A stretch of DNA of 64,000 nt from Candidatus Heimdallarchaeota archaeon (GTDB lineage Archaea; Asgardarchaeota; Heimdallarchaeia; JABLTI01): positions 1 through 64,000 of the forward strand of contig JAHLVW010000101.1 in NCBI GenBank assembly GCA_019058275.1. The letters run 5' to 3'. The position numbers and the translations under genes were made by a program. The notes under the pieces were generated by a model. That model did not search any database and was not told the DNA's origin. It was given only the letters and a program-made list of their open reading frames with translations. Below are positions 40,247 to 50,498 of the stretch, in pieces. Positions within the stretch are counted from its first letter, which is position 1; each line of letters starts with the position of its first letter.

Positions 40247-41905
40247 TTATAAATCGACTAAATAGCCCAGACCATCGTTATCTACTTTTCCATCTTTTAG
40301 TTCAATTACTCGAGTTCCATCTTTTACCAAGTTGATATCATGTGTTGAAATAAGCATAGTAGTTTTGAGTTGTTCGTGGATTTTGTATAATTGATCCATG
40401 ATTTCATTTGCTAATTCAGAATCCATATTTGCTGTGGGTTCATCCAAAATCAAGAGTCCGGGTTTTCCAAATTGTGCAATAGCAAGAGATGCTCTTTGCA
40501 GTTCTCCGCCTGATATCTCTAAAGGATAGGAATTTTTTCTTTGCTCAATATGATACATGTCAAATATACTTTCAACAGCATCTTGTGGGTATTTGCTTAA
40601 AACAATATTTTTGTTTGAAAGTATATCTCTTATAAAGAGATTCTCTTTTATAGTAATATATGGATGCAAATTTCCTTGTTGCGATACGATTCCAATATTG
40701 TTTCTTCGGAATTTAGCACATTCAGCGTCAGTAATCATATGAAGCTCATGGTCCAGAACAAAAATCTCGCCTGAAGTAGAAGATTCCATACCTGTAATAA
40801 GTTTAATCAAAGTTGTCTTTCCTGAACCACTTGGTCCAACTACAAAAGCTAATTCTCCTTTATAAAATTCAGCAGTAATTTCTGTTAAAGCATGAACTTG
40901 AGTTGTTTTAGTGCTGTAGATTTTTGATACTTCAACAAGTTTGATTTCTATTTCTTTGGTTTTGTAGTAATCTTTAGGCAAGGATTTGACTGAAAGGGTC
41001 TTTTGTTTCCTTGCTTCTTTGATTTCAATTTTCTGAGGAACAAGCCCGTTTGGATTTACTATTTCAACTTTGTAATCTTCAGATACACTAAAGTTTACAT
41101 TATCTTTAAGTTGCATCAATCTGTAAACTTCAGTTGGAATCCTTACGCTTTGTGATGAGTCAATCTGGCTTGAGAAAAGAAGAGGAAATTCCTGTTTTTC
41201 ATATGCAAAATTGTCCTCTGTATTAAATAATGAACTAACACGTCCACTATGAATTTCACATGTTCTATCTACACCGCTTATAAATCTCAAATCATGTGTA
41301 ACTACCAAAATTGTTGTACCAAAATCTCGTGATATCTGTTTTAGTAATGATTTTACTCTTTCAGTGTTCTCGGTATCTAACTGAACCGTTGGCTCATCAC
41401 ATAATAATAGATGAGCATTTTTTGCTAACATACAAGCTATAGCAGTACGAATCATTTCTCCTCCTGATAAATAACTCACACGTCGATTTTCAAGATCCAG
41501 AATATTTAGATGTTCAAGAATTTCTCGGTTTTGTTTTAATGCCGCTTGCCAATTCATTGAACAAAGACTTGAAGCAAATTTCAAGTTGTCTTTTACAGTT
41601 CCATTGAGAAATAGTGTTCGTTCAGGAAATTGATGAACAAGTCCTATAGAATTGAGTCTATACGATAGTAAATCCTTTGCCGTCATACTACCAAGTTGAT
41701 ATGAACCTACTCTAGCTTCTCCACTAGAAATTTCTTCAATACCTGCTAGAACTTTAATAAATGTTGATTTGCCAGATCCACTTGGTCCAATGATTGATAT
41801 CAATTCACCTTTCTTTATCCTTAAATCAATACCCCTTAAAGCAGCAACTCGAAGGTTTGTATATTGATTGGAATAGATTTTAATTAAATCCTTGCATTCT
41901 ATCAT
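40247..41905 (-). CDS. ABC ATPase with two LolD-like NBDs and an AbrB-like linker
   Basis: Two GPSGSGK[ST]T, [LI]SGGE, DEPT sets; linker IDSSQSVRIP. Confidence 0.9.
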   Translation of the reverse strand: MIECKDLIKIYSNQYTNLRVAALRGIDLRIKKGELISIIGPSGSGKSTFIKVLAGIEEISSGEARVGSYQLGSMTAKDLLSYRLNSIGLVHQFPERTLFLNGTVKDNLKFASSLCSMNWQAALKQNREILEHLNILDLENRRVSYLSGGEMIRTAIACMLAKNAHLLLCDEPTVQLDTENTERVKSLLKQISRDFGTTILVVTHDLRFISGVDRTCEIHSGRVSSLFNTEDNFAYEKQEFPLLFSSQIDSSQSVRIPTEVYRLMQLKDNVNFSVSEDYKVEIVNPNGLVPQKIEIKEARKQKTLSVKSLPKDYYKTKEIEIKLVEVSKIYSTKTTQVHALTEITAEFYKGELAFVVGPSGSGKTTLIKLITGMESSTSGEIFVLDHELHMITDAECAKFRRNNIGIVSQQGNLHPYITIKENLFIRDILSNKNIVLSKYPQDAVESIFDMYHIEQRKNSYPLEISGGELQRASLAIAQFGKPGLLILDEPTANMDSELANEIMDQLYKIHEQLKTTMLISTHDINLVKDGTRVIELKDGKVDNDGLGYLVDL

Positions 41906-41911
41906 TTCTCT

Positions 41912-44794
41912 TCACTCCTGCTTCACAGGTCTAAATTTGTAAATTGATGGTATTAATGCTAGCAGTAGACCAGCTACTGACAACAGCAAACCGCATAAAA
42001 GAACAACGAATATTAACCAAGCTGGAATTCCATGTTTATAAGGATAATATATCTCTTGTACACCAAAAATACTGATTGCTACATAGCTAAGCAAGGGTAA
42101 TGAAGCTAAAACTGATACTATCATAGGAATAAGATTGATCAGTAAATGTTCAAACGTAAAAGCAGCCAGAATTTGTCCTCTTACAGATCCAACTCGATAG
42201 AGTGATTCTATAATCCGACCTCTTTCTTCAAAAATGCTGATACCAGTAAAATATCCAACAAATAATAATGTAAATGCTGCAAGAATTGCAAACATAAGTA
42301 AATTGTTTCTTGGGAATGGGTCAATATTCATGTAAATGGTTTCTGATAATTCTTCTTTTGTAATCGCAATAATATTATGTTCTAGAAGTTTCTCTTGAAT
42401 ACTAGGGATAATTGTTTCATTAACTGGTTTCAGTAATTTTATATGATCAGAGTATACATCGCTTGAGAACTCAATTGCTCTTTCTATATCTCGAATTGTA
42501 TTATCATTACCAATAATAGCAAAAGCATCAATGTAATATTGGAAAAGATCCTTTTTAGGGAGAGGACAAAGTGGGAAATAATTAAAGGAGTTAACATAAC
42601 TCAATGTATCATCTTGACGCGTGAAACTAATCATAGATTGATTATCACCTGGCTTCAATCTATTTCTTGAAACATATTTTCTGTCGAATAATACGTTCGA
42701 ATCATTTTCCAATGCAAGTATATCATCAATCGTACATTTAGATCCATCAAGTATTTCTGGATCAATTATAGAAGCAAATGCTGTTGGGCTTTCCAATGCT
42801 AGCATATATGTTCTAAATGCTTTTGGAAAACGCAATTCGACATTTGAATCTTTTAGTAAATACAAAGTTACTTCTGTATAGTTAGCAATTTCAGTAATGT
42901 TATTTAGAATAATATCTTTTTCTCCTTCTGTATCTGCCCAATCTAAAACTACTAATGTTGAACCTCCCATATTGAAATTAATTTCACTATCAAGATGAAC
43001 TGGTATTGATGTTTCCATTGCCATTCCAGGAAGTATAACTAAACCAAATGTAAGCGTACCTAAAATTGCTATTTGATATATGTTTTTATTAACAACCATC
43101 TGTTTTATTGCTAATGTAAATAAGTTCAGTCTATTTGGCCACAATTTATTGCTTACAAAGAGCCAAAACATAGTTGTTATCCTAGCAATTAACAGAAATG
43201 CAAACGTAATCAGCAATGCTGCACTACAAGATACCATAAAATAGAATATAGTTAAGTAAGAAAGATTGGAAGCTAATATTCCTTCTTCTCCTGTATATTT
43301 GTAAACAAGGAAAAAGGTGATTGAAACAATTGAGAAGACTAGAGCAATAACAAATAGTCTAAATTCATTTGTTGAAAATATTGTTCTAATTTTACTCCTC
43401 TGCTTTTTAAATTCTTCAGAGGTAGTTCTGGTAGTTTTCTTAGCAATAGAATTCTGGATATAAAAGCTAAGAAGGAAGAATCCTAATGTAATTGTTATTA
43501 TAGTGATATAGAGTAAAGGTTCTTTTATAAAATCGATGTAGTAGTTTGATGGCTGACTTTCAAGATTTTTTGTAAATAGATAGCTAAAGAGAAAACCAAG
43601 CAAGGTTCCTATTACAAAACTCAGAAATGTGAAAATGAAATTCTCTAGTAAAACCATTACTCTAATATTATTATAACTTAAACCGTATAATTTCATTCTT
43701 CTAAAAGTTGACCCTAATTCTTTGGATCCTATATTGAGTGTAATAATGCTAAGTAATCCTATAATGAAAAGCAAAGGTGCATTCAATGATAGAATTTTAA
43801 CCGTTTCTACAATCCATAACTGATTGAATTGCAAATAAACTTCTTTAAGATCTGGACAAACTATAACATATTGTTCAATAAAATCAGAATAAGGTAGATC
43901 CTCATAAGTAGGTATAGCAAGAATGTAGTCACTCATTTTGTTTAATCTAATTCCTGAATTGTCATAGACAAAATCAGCGAGATAAGTAACTATTCCATTA
44001 TAAAAATTGTAATCATTTAATATTTCATTAAGCATGGAACTATTTGTAAAAAAGAAATAATTACGATAATTTCCATAGAACCATCCCTTCCCAGTTTCAA
44101 AATTCCAATCAAAAATATCAGCTGATAAGCTTTCATTTTGGAATCCTTCATGAATATTATCAACAGTACCAACAATAGTAAAATTCATGTATTCACGTTC
44201 TGGATCACGTACTTCAAAACTATAAAGTGTAACAGTATCATTTACATAAAGATCACTACTATTATTTGGGGAATAAATTAGTAATTCGGAAGCATTCTGA
44301 GGTAACTTTCCTTCAACTAAACATTTTGATAAAGCTTCATATCCTTTAGTATCAAAAGTCATTATTTCATGATTCAGCCAAGGATCTGGTGGTGGAGGAT
44401 TATAAGTATAAAGTTGTGCACTTACTGCAACAGTTGTGTTCACAATCTGGATTTCAGGAACTACATTATTAACATAAGAAGCAAAATCCTCTGTTAAACT
44501 ACCAAAGAAATTATCTGAAAATGCAAAATAACCATAATCATAACGATTGGAACTAACACTAATATGACCATCATTAAGCCAATTGATTTCCTGATTTTGA
44601 AATGTGTTGAATCGATAGGTAAATACAATCATTACAAGTCCAGTAATAGCAAGAAAAATCATTATTCCACAAAATATAGAAAGAGCAATCCTCTTTCGAC
44701 CTATTTTTAAGTATATACCAAAGAGTTGTCGCATTGAAGGTTTTATTTTATCCTCTTTAGCGACTCCAGTCATCACCGCGTCTTCTCTTTCCAT
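41912..44794 (-). CDS. FtsX/LolE-like ABC permease (duplicated)
   Basis: Two TM bundles with R.MKLYGLS / ER..I.SL..VG motifs and large extracellular domains (GKLPQN..EL); co-oriented with the ATPase. Confidence 0.82.
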   Translation of the reverse strand: MEREDAVMTGVAKEDKIKPSMRQLFGIYLKIGRKRIALSIFCGIMIFLAITGLVMIVFTYRFNTFQNQEINWLNDGHISVSSNRYDYGYFAFSDNFFGSLTEDFASYVNNVVPEIQIVNTTVAVSAQLYTYNPPPPDPWLNHEIMTFDTKGYEALSKCLVEGKLPQNASELLIYSPNNSSDLYVNDTVTLYSFEVRDPEREYMNFTIVGTVDNIHEGFQNESLSADIFDWNFETGKGWFYGNYRNYFFFTNSSMLNEILNDYNFYNGIVTYLADFVYDNSGIRLNKMSDYILAIPTYEDLPYSDFIEQYVIVCPDLKEVYLQFNQLWIVETVKILSLNAPLLFIIGLLSIITLNIGSKELGSTFRRMKLYGLSYNNIRVMVLLENFIFTFLSFVIGTLLGFLFSYLFTKNLESQPSNYYIDFIKEPLLYITIITITLGFFLLSFYIQNSIAKKTTRTTSEEFKKQRSKIRTIFSTNEFRLFVIALVFSIVSITFFLVYKYTGEEGILASNLSYLTIFYFMVSCSAALLITFAFLLIARITTMFWLFVSNKLWPNRLNLFTLAIKQMVVNKNIYQIAILGTLTFGLVILPGMAMETSIPVHLDSEINFNMGGSTLVVLDWADTEGEKDIILNNITEIANYTEVTLYLLKDSNVELRFPKAFRTYMLALESPTAFASIIDPEILDGSKCTIDDILALENDSNVLFDRKYVSRNRLKPGDNQSMISFTRQDDTLSYVNSFNYFPLCPLPKKDLFQYYIDAFAIIGNDNTIRDIERAIEFSSDVYSDHIKLLKPVNETIIPSIQEKLLEHNIIAITKEELSETIYMNIDPFPRNNLLMFAILAAFTLLFVGYFTGISIFEERGRIIESLYRVGSVRGQILAAFTFEHLLINLIPMIVSVLASLPLLSYVAISIFGVQEIYYPYKHGIPAWLIFVVLLCGLLLSVAGLLLALIPSIYKFRPVKQE

Positions 44795-45007
44795 TACAAC
44801 AAACCAAGATTAACTACGAATATCTACTTATAAGATTTCACTAAATCTAATTTGCGTAGATTTTTTAACATAAATCACATTTTGTTTAGCAAACTTAGTG
44901 CAGAGATAATAGAATGTTAAATCGAAATTAGAGGACAAAATAATTGATAGTAAAAAGAAAAAGGAGAAGATTTGTAAGATAATCTATCCTAAATCAACAT
45001 TTGGTTT

Positions 45008-45940
45008 TCAATCTTCTTCTTCATCAGATTTTTCTTGCTTCCAGAAACGTAATTGCCTTTTGTATTTAATCCAGCTTTCGTTAAATTCACCAACCCAAAC
45101 AACTCCAATAGTGCCGGGACCTAGATGTGTACCGATAACTGGGCCAATATCCCAGAGTAGAACCTCTTTTGGAGCATTTGGTCTGCTTTTCAAGTAATCA
45201 GCAATTTCCTTAGCCCTATCGGGATTTGCGCAATGTCCTATAATAACCAATTCTGACATACGGTTTCTTGCGATTTTACGTGTAACAGTTTTCATAAGTT
45301 TTAGAAGACCTTTCTCACCACGAACTCTACCAGGGGAAACTATTCTACCATCTAAAACACTAACAAGCGGTTTAAAATCTAGAACTGAACCTATTAAATA
45401 GGAAACTCCACTTAAGCGGCCTCCTTTATGCAAGTATTTTAGGGTTGGACAACCACCAAAAACCTGAGTATGTGGTATGGTCTTATTAACAAAATCCAGG
45501 ATTTCTTCTTTAGAAGCACCATTTTCTATCATTCGTGCTGCAGGTAAAATAATCAAACTTATTGTGACAGAAAGAGTATTTGTATCAATAACAGTTACTC
45601 GTTCATCATAAAACTGTTGTTTAACCATTGTGGCAGTTGAAAATGTCGCACTTAATTTATTACCAATACTAAAAACAAGAACTTCTTCATATTCTTCTAA
45701 TGCTGCATCAATAGCTACATTGAAATCTTTGGGAGATGGTGCAGCAGTTGAAGGCATTTCTCCATCTATAAGACGTTGATAAAATTCTTTATTTGTGATG
45801 TCAACGCCTTGTTTTTTAATTTCATCACCAAAAATTAGCTTTAAGGGAACTGTTCTGATATTATATTTCTTTAAGAATTCAGGATCCATATCGCATGTTG
45901 AATCAGCAACAATTCCTATTTTTTTCTTTGTCTTACTCAA
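45008..45940 (-). CDS. degV: DegV/FakB fatty-acid-binding protein
   Basis: VADSTCD, PSTAAPSP, KLSAT, VIDT, LKYLHKGGRL, IGTHLGPG. Confidence 0.92.
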   Translation of the reverse strand: MSKTKKKIGIVADSTCDMDPEFLKKYNIRTVPLKLIFGDEIKKQGVDITNKEFYQRLIDGEMPSTAAPSPKDFNVAIDAALEEYEEVLVFSIGNKLSATFSTATMVKQQFYDERVTVIDTNTLSVTISLIILPAARMIENGASKEEILDFVNKTIPHTQVFGGCPTLKYLHKGGRLSGVSYLIGSVLDFKPLVSVLDGRIVSPGRVRGEKGLLKLMKTVTRKIARNRMSELVIIGHCANPDRAKEIADYLKSRPNAPKEVLLWDIGPVIGTHLGPGTIGVVWVGEFNESWIKYKRQLRFWKQEKSDEEED

Positions 45941-46212
45941 AATATCAAACTCCTTTATGTACTAAATTTGAGGTATTAAACCAGTTATAGTTGTAATGAG
46001 TGTTTAACTCAATGGAGATTAAACGAATAGTAAGAAATGTTTGCTCTGAAATTTTGCTCATTAATATAATTTATCCTTATATTCAATACCTGAATTCATT
46101 TTTTTTTTTGTAAAACTCGTTTAGTTTAGATTGTTTAGGCAAATGCTTTAAATATGGTAAGCGAAGTAGTTTCCTTCAATCAACTTTTCGACAATATATT
46201 AAACGAGGTTGG

Positions 46213-47493
46213 GTGTATATGAAGAAAATATATACTATACTTTTAATGATCTGCATAATCACTCCTGGCTTTATTATGTTTACAAATATTACCAGTAATC
46301 AACCTACATTCTTCAATTCGCTAGAACTCTACGACATCAGTGTTGAACCTATGTTAGCAGCTGAATTACAAGATACTACTGCAGAAGATTACGGAGCATG
46401 GCCTAGTGCTTCTCCTTGGTGGTATGACTTAGTAGATAAGGAAAATGTCGCCAATGATGGAGAAGGCGTTTACGTTGCTGTTTTAGACACAGGTCTAATG
46501 GATCTTTGGCCATTTTTCTTCCCAGAAGGCGATATCGCTTGGGAACTTGGCAAAGGATTCTCACATGATATCTGGTGGGACGATGCTTATGGAGTCGTGA
46601 TGTCTGAATTAAAGGATGATCGCGGATTCATAACAGATCTCGCTTCTGGTCATGGAACACATGTAACAAGCACAATAATCGGTTATAACTACAACGACTA
46701 CTTCTACGTTGATGGTATCGCTCCTAAAGCAACTATTATACCAGTTCTAGTTCTAGATGCTTGGAGCGTGGATTCACCATATGGTTTATTAAATTACTCA
46801 GGTGGAACTGATGTAATGATATCAGCAGGTATTTACTATATCGCTGATTTAGCAGATGAACTAGATGGTCCAGTGATTATCAACATGAGTCTTGGTGGTC
46901 CAAGTCCAACAGTAATGATTGAGGAAGCAATAGATTATGCTATTGCAAAAGGTGTCATTGTTGTTGTAGCTGCTGGAAATGGAGGAGAAGCAGGTATGGA
47001 TTATCCAGGAGCCTACGATCAAGTGATTTCCGCTGCTGCGTGTGGCTGGACTGAGGCATTATACCACTCATTATGGACTGGCGAAGGCTGGTTGGTTGAT
47101 GTCCCAGAAGAACTAAATGTTCCAGACGTTTTTGGCAATGAATACCAAGTATACTTAGAAGATTTCAGTAGTAGACCAAATGCAACATTAGGACAAAAAC
47201 ACCATGACTTAGATGTAATGACACCTGGTGCTTGGATAGTTGGTCCTTACAAACCAAAATTCACCTATGACGTTGGATATTGGTATGTATCAGGAACAAG
47301 TATGGCTGCACCTCACGTATCTGCTATTGCTGCACTTATTCTACAAGACTATCCAGAGTTTGATCAAAAGGATATTGAACATATTCTTAAAATCGCTGCT
47401 GGTGGAGTAGGACAAAATATGCTTAGAGGATTCCTACAATGCGATGAAGCTATGTTTTATGCTGCACATTACAAAGTTGGTCATTCAAAATAA
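46213..47493 (+). CDS. Secreted subtilisin-like S8 serine protease
   Basis: Signal peptide; VAVLDTG, GHGTHV, INMSLGG, AAGN, SGTSMAAPHV. Confidence 0.94.
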   Translation: MYMKKIYTILLMICIITPGFIMFTNITSNQPTFFNSLELYDISVEPMLAAELQDTTAEDYGAWPSASPWWYDLVDKENVANDGEGVYVAVLDTGLMDLWPFFFPEGDIAWELGKGFSHDIWWDDAYGVVMSELKDDRGFITDLASGHGTHVTSTIIGYNYNDYFYVDGIAPKATIIPVLVLDAWSVDSPYGLLNYSGGTDVMISAGIYYIADLADELDGPVIINMSLGGPSPTVMIEEAIDYAIAKGVIVVVAAGNGGEAGMDYPGAYDQVISAAACGWTEALYHSLWTGEGWLVDVPEELNVPDVFGNEYQVYLEDFSSRPNATLGQKHHDLDVMTPGAWIVGPYKPKFTYDVGYWYVSGTSMAAPHVSAIAALILQDYPEFDQKDIEHILKIAAGGVGQNMLRGFLQCDEAMFYAAHYKVGHSK

Positions 47494-47511
47494 GTATCAA
47501 AAACTTTGAGA

Positions 47512-47567
47512 TTCTTCATGACTAATCTCAATATCTGATTAGTGATGAAGAACATTTATCTTTTTTT
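47512..47567 (+). terminator. Hairpin + U-tract between convergent S8 protease and rmuC
   Basis: TTCTTCATGACTAATC...GATTAGTGATGAAGAA followed by TTTTTTT. Confidence 0.5.
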
Positions 47568-47573
47568 AATCAG

Positions 47574-48413
47574 CTAAAAGTTTTCTATATCAAGTGTGTT
47601 TAGCATAGTATTTAATTTAGTCAATTCATTCTTTGCTGCTGTTATATTATTCAGACTATTTTGCAGTTGACCTGTTCCAGTTTTTATTTTTTCCAATACT
47701 TCCTCCATACCTAGGCATACTTTCATTTGTATATTTCCAAAACTGCTTGCTGCACTATTTAATTTCGTAAAGCGATACTGCATTTTGATCATGAAAATCG
47801 TACTTAGTAAACCACTAGTATTTGTTGGAATAACATTCATCTTGGCTAGGTTTTGAAATGTTTGATCTGTTAAGACACCATAAACGAAATCAGGGATATA
47901 CATTAATACAAAATCAGTTGTTTCAACGGATTGTATGTACTTGATAATTTCCTTTGCCCTTCTGATGGAATTTTTATTTAGCTTATCTATTGCTAATTTA
48001 TCCATTTGAACTTCTTCGATATTTTCGAACTCATTAGGAAGGATAAATTTACTATCAATTGGAATAAACAAATCACTGTTAGGGAGTTGTATCACAAAAT
48101 CAATTCTACCTGAGATATCTATTGGTTGGTATTGCGATTTAACAAATTTATTTGGTAAATTTGAGAGCAACATTGCAACAACATTTTCTCCAAATACTCC
48201 TTTAGTAGTTGGTTTCATTCGTAATATATCAAAGAATTTTTGCATTTCTCTTGTTGTTTGATCAACAGCATAATGCATTTGTTCTGTCAATGTACTTGTT
48301 TCTTTCCTCTTTCTACTATGTAAAATCCATTGAGATACAATTCCAACTAATGCTAATCCACAAGCAACTGATATTAATATGTAAAGCAGTACTTCTGCCA
48401 ATCTATTGTTCAC
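47574..48413 (-). CDS. rmuC: RmuC-family protein
   Basis: N-terminal TM, KGVFGE, RIDFVI.LP, IPIDSKF, TTDFVLMYIP. Confidence 0.85.
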   Translation of the reverse strand: MNNRLAEVLLYILISVACGLALVGIVSQWILHSRKRKETSTLTEQMHYAVDQTTREMQKFFDILRMKPTTKGVFGENVVAMLLSNLPNKFVKSQYQPIDISGRIDFVIQLPNSDLFIPIDSKFILPNEFENIEEVQMDKLAIDKLNKNSIRRAKEIIKYIQSVETTDFVLMYIPDFVYGVLTDQTFQNLAKMNVIPTNTSGLLSTIFMIKMQYRFTKLNSAASSFGNIQMKVCLGMEEVLEKIKTGTGQLQNSLNNITAAKNELTKLNTMLNTLDIENF

Positions 48414-48636
48414 CTCGAGATTAACCCAATATTTCCTAGATTATCATTCAAGAAATGATAGCTGATACTACTTCTTTCCTTTTAAGGAGTCGTAACATCA
48501 AATGCAGAATACATTCAATGCTATAATCACAGTATATGCCTAAGTGAACTATAAAAAATCAACAAATAATTTCTTCATTTTTTTAAATATCAGAATAATG
48601 AAGAAAGAATAAAAAGAAATGAAAAAGAGCAATGAT

Positions 48637-49272
48637 TTATTTTGAATATAATTTTTCCAACTCTTCTTTCATATTATATTTCAACAATATACCATACCAT
48701 GATGCATAATCCAATGCAAATAGAATATTCTTGCCTTCTAATTCTTCGAGTTTCTTACTAGTTTCCTTATCTGCTTTCTCGAACAGTTCAAAAATATACT
48801 CATCTCTCTCATTATCTATTTTGTCAAAGAATTTCCTGAATGCTTTGATATCACCTTTTTTATTGCCGCGAAGTTGTTTTAATATATAAAACATAGCATC
48901 GAAGATTGGTGACGTTAATTCGCCCTCTTCTTCTTTGCATAGAGCAATCTTCAGGATAAATGCATTTGCAAATCGCATGTAAAGAGTTTCACTGGATAAA
49001 TCAGATTCATCATGTGCAGTAATTCTTTTTCCAGCTTTTGCTACCAATTTGCCTTGAATCAATTTGTGCAAGTATCTATAGATGCTCTTGTCGGATTTTT
49101 CTTCACCTGTTTTCTTAAAAGCAGTCATAAGATCAGAAATTGTCATGGGACCTTGTCGAAGGAATTTCATTACTAAATTAAGATTTTCATCTTCAAACAA
49201 TTTAGCTCTTTTATCATCTTTAATGAAAACTAATTTCTGAGGTTTATAGGTTATAACATCTTGGGAAGCCAT
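48637..49272 (-). CDS. Winged-helix transcriptional regulator (tandem paralog 2)
   Basis: GPMTISDL...KSDKSIYRYLHKL...LVAKAGKR...ETLYMR. Confidence 0.82.
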   Translation of the reverse strand: MASQDVITYKPQKLVFIKDDKRAKLFEDENLNLVMKFLRQGPMTISDLMTAFKKTGEEKSDKSIYRYLHKLIQGKLVAKAGKRITAHDESDLSSETLYMRFANAFILKIALCKEEEGELTSPIFDAMFYILKQLRGNKKGDIKAFRKFFDKIDNERDEYIFELFEKADKETSKKLEELEGKNILFALDYASWYGILLKYNMKEELEKLYSK

Positions 49273-49278
49273 TTTTCA

Positions 49279-49920
49279 TCAACTCTTCATGCAATACTTT
49301 AGTTCCTTTTTTATATCGGTTTTAGTTGAGATTGCTACCCAACTTAGATAACACAACAAGTTCTCCAAGCTTTTCCAACCTAAATCATTAATTGCTTGGA
49401 TCGCATCTTCATCAGCATTCTTTATCAATTGAACTAATAGCTCATCTCTTTCTCTATCCAATTGAAATTGGAATTTTTGATAGCAGTCTGAATCCAAACT
49501 TTTTCCATCGAAAAATGGTTTTAAAAGTAATCTTGTGACATTGAAAACAGGACAGAATCCCTTTTCAAAAATTCCTTCATTGTGTTTCAAAGATTCTGGA
49601 AAAATGAAAATTTTAGCACTTCGCATATAGAGAGTCTCACTTTTCAGATCTTGCTCTGTAACTGAGACAATTCTTTTTCCAGCTTTTGCAACTAATTTAA
49701 CCTGAATTAATTTATGCAAATAACGATAAATCGTTTTATCAGATTTTACTTCTCCACTTTTCTTAAAATATTCAACAAGATCAGAAATAGTCATTGGTCC
49801 TTTCTGCAGGATTTTCAGCACAGGTTTTAGATTTTCATCCTTCAATAGATCTATTGTTTTATCTTCTTTAATAACTCTCACGACTTTTTGATTATATGTT
49901 ATCACATCTTGTGATTCCAT
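49279..49920 (-). CDS. Winged-helix transcriptional regulator (tandem paralog 1)
   Basis: GPMTISDL...KSDKTIYRYLHKL...LVAKAGKR...ETLYMR; DNA-binding half nearly identical to its neighbour's. Confidence 0.82.
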   Translation of the reverse strand: MESQDVITYNQKVVRVIKEDKTIDLLKDENLKPVLKILQKGPMTISDLVEYFKKSGEVKSDKTIYRYLHKLIQVKLVAKAGKRIVSVTEQDLKSETLYMRSAKIFIFPESLKHNEGIFEKGFCPVFNVTRLLLKPFFDGKSLDSDCYQKFQFQLDRERDELLVQLIKNADEDAIQAINDLGWKSLENLLCYLSWVAISTKTDIKKELKYCMKS

Positions 49921-50039
49921 TCCTGACCACCTTTGATTTTTTTAACATCAGTTCTAATTTTTCATTCGATTTTCGAATTAATTTTTCTGATTTTCACTCA
50001 AACTTATTTTATTTCTATATAATATACTAATTCTTACAG

Positions 50040-50114
50040 TATATAAATCTATTTCTCAATGCTATAATACGATTTTCTCGAGTGAATGAGAATATTTAAA
50101 TATTAAAATGAGAA
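50040..50114. promoter_or_regulatory. Divergent promoter pair with a symmetric four-half-site operator
   Basis: TTCTC at 50053 and 50075, GAGAA at 50088 and 50110, all symmetric about 50083.5. TATA-like boxes at 50040-50047 (-) and 50095-50102 (+). Confidence 0.65.
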
Positions 50115-50152
50115 TTGTTTCCCAGGGAACAAATAAGTTTCAGGTGGAAAAT

Positions 50153-50251
50153 TTGAAAGAAGTCAAGAAAAAGACTCAGAAAAAAAACCAGAAGGAGAAT
50201 GAAAAAATCAAAATCCTGCTTACAATGCAATACACGGATGGTTTGATATAA
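50153..50251 (+). CDS. Micro-ORF 1, 32 aa basic peptide
   Basis: AGGTGG RBS + TTG: MKEVKKKTQKKNQKENEKIKILLTMQYTDGLI*. Confidence 0.5.
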   Translation: MKEVKKKTQKKNQKENEKIKILLTMQYTDGLI

Positions 50252-50279
50252 TAACAAAAAAGGTATTCGGGGCAGTACC

Positions 50280-50363
50280 ATGAAACACAATAAAGATTCC
50301 AGAAAACAATTCAAAAAGGAACTTATTCCTGCCATAAAGATGATCACTGTTAGAAAAAATTGA
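50280..50363 (+). CDS. Micro-ORF 2, 27 aa basic peptide
   Basis: ATG preceded by a weak GGGG site: MKHNKDSRKQFKKELIPAIKMITVRKN*. Confidence 0.45.
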   Translation: MKHNKDSRKQFKKELIPAIKMITVRKN

Positions 50364-50393
50364 ATTAATGAAATAATCAAGGAGGAAAAAAAG

Positions 50394-50486
50394 TTGAAAC
50401 AGTATAATAATAAAGTTATAAAAAGAAAAATCAAACAAGATATGGAAAAGACCCGAAAACAATTCGCTTATTTCACAGGAAGGTAA
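50394..50486 (+). CDS. Micro-ORF 3, 30 aa basic peptide
   Basis: AAGGAGG RBS + TTG: MKQYNNKVIKRKIKQDMEKTRKQFAYFTGR*. Confidence 0.55.
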   Translation: MKQYNNKVIKRKIKQDMEKTRKQFAYFTGR

Positions 50487-50498
50487 AAATACTGATAA

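Noticed and set aside
50096-50462. Minus-strand Phe/Leu-rich ORFs of 112 and 80 aa
   Set aside because: Antisense shadows of A-rich plus-strand micro-ORFs; RBS, TATA and hairpin favour the + strand
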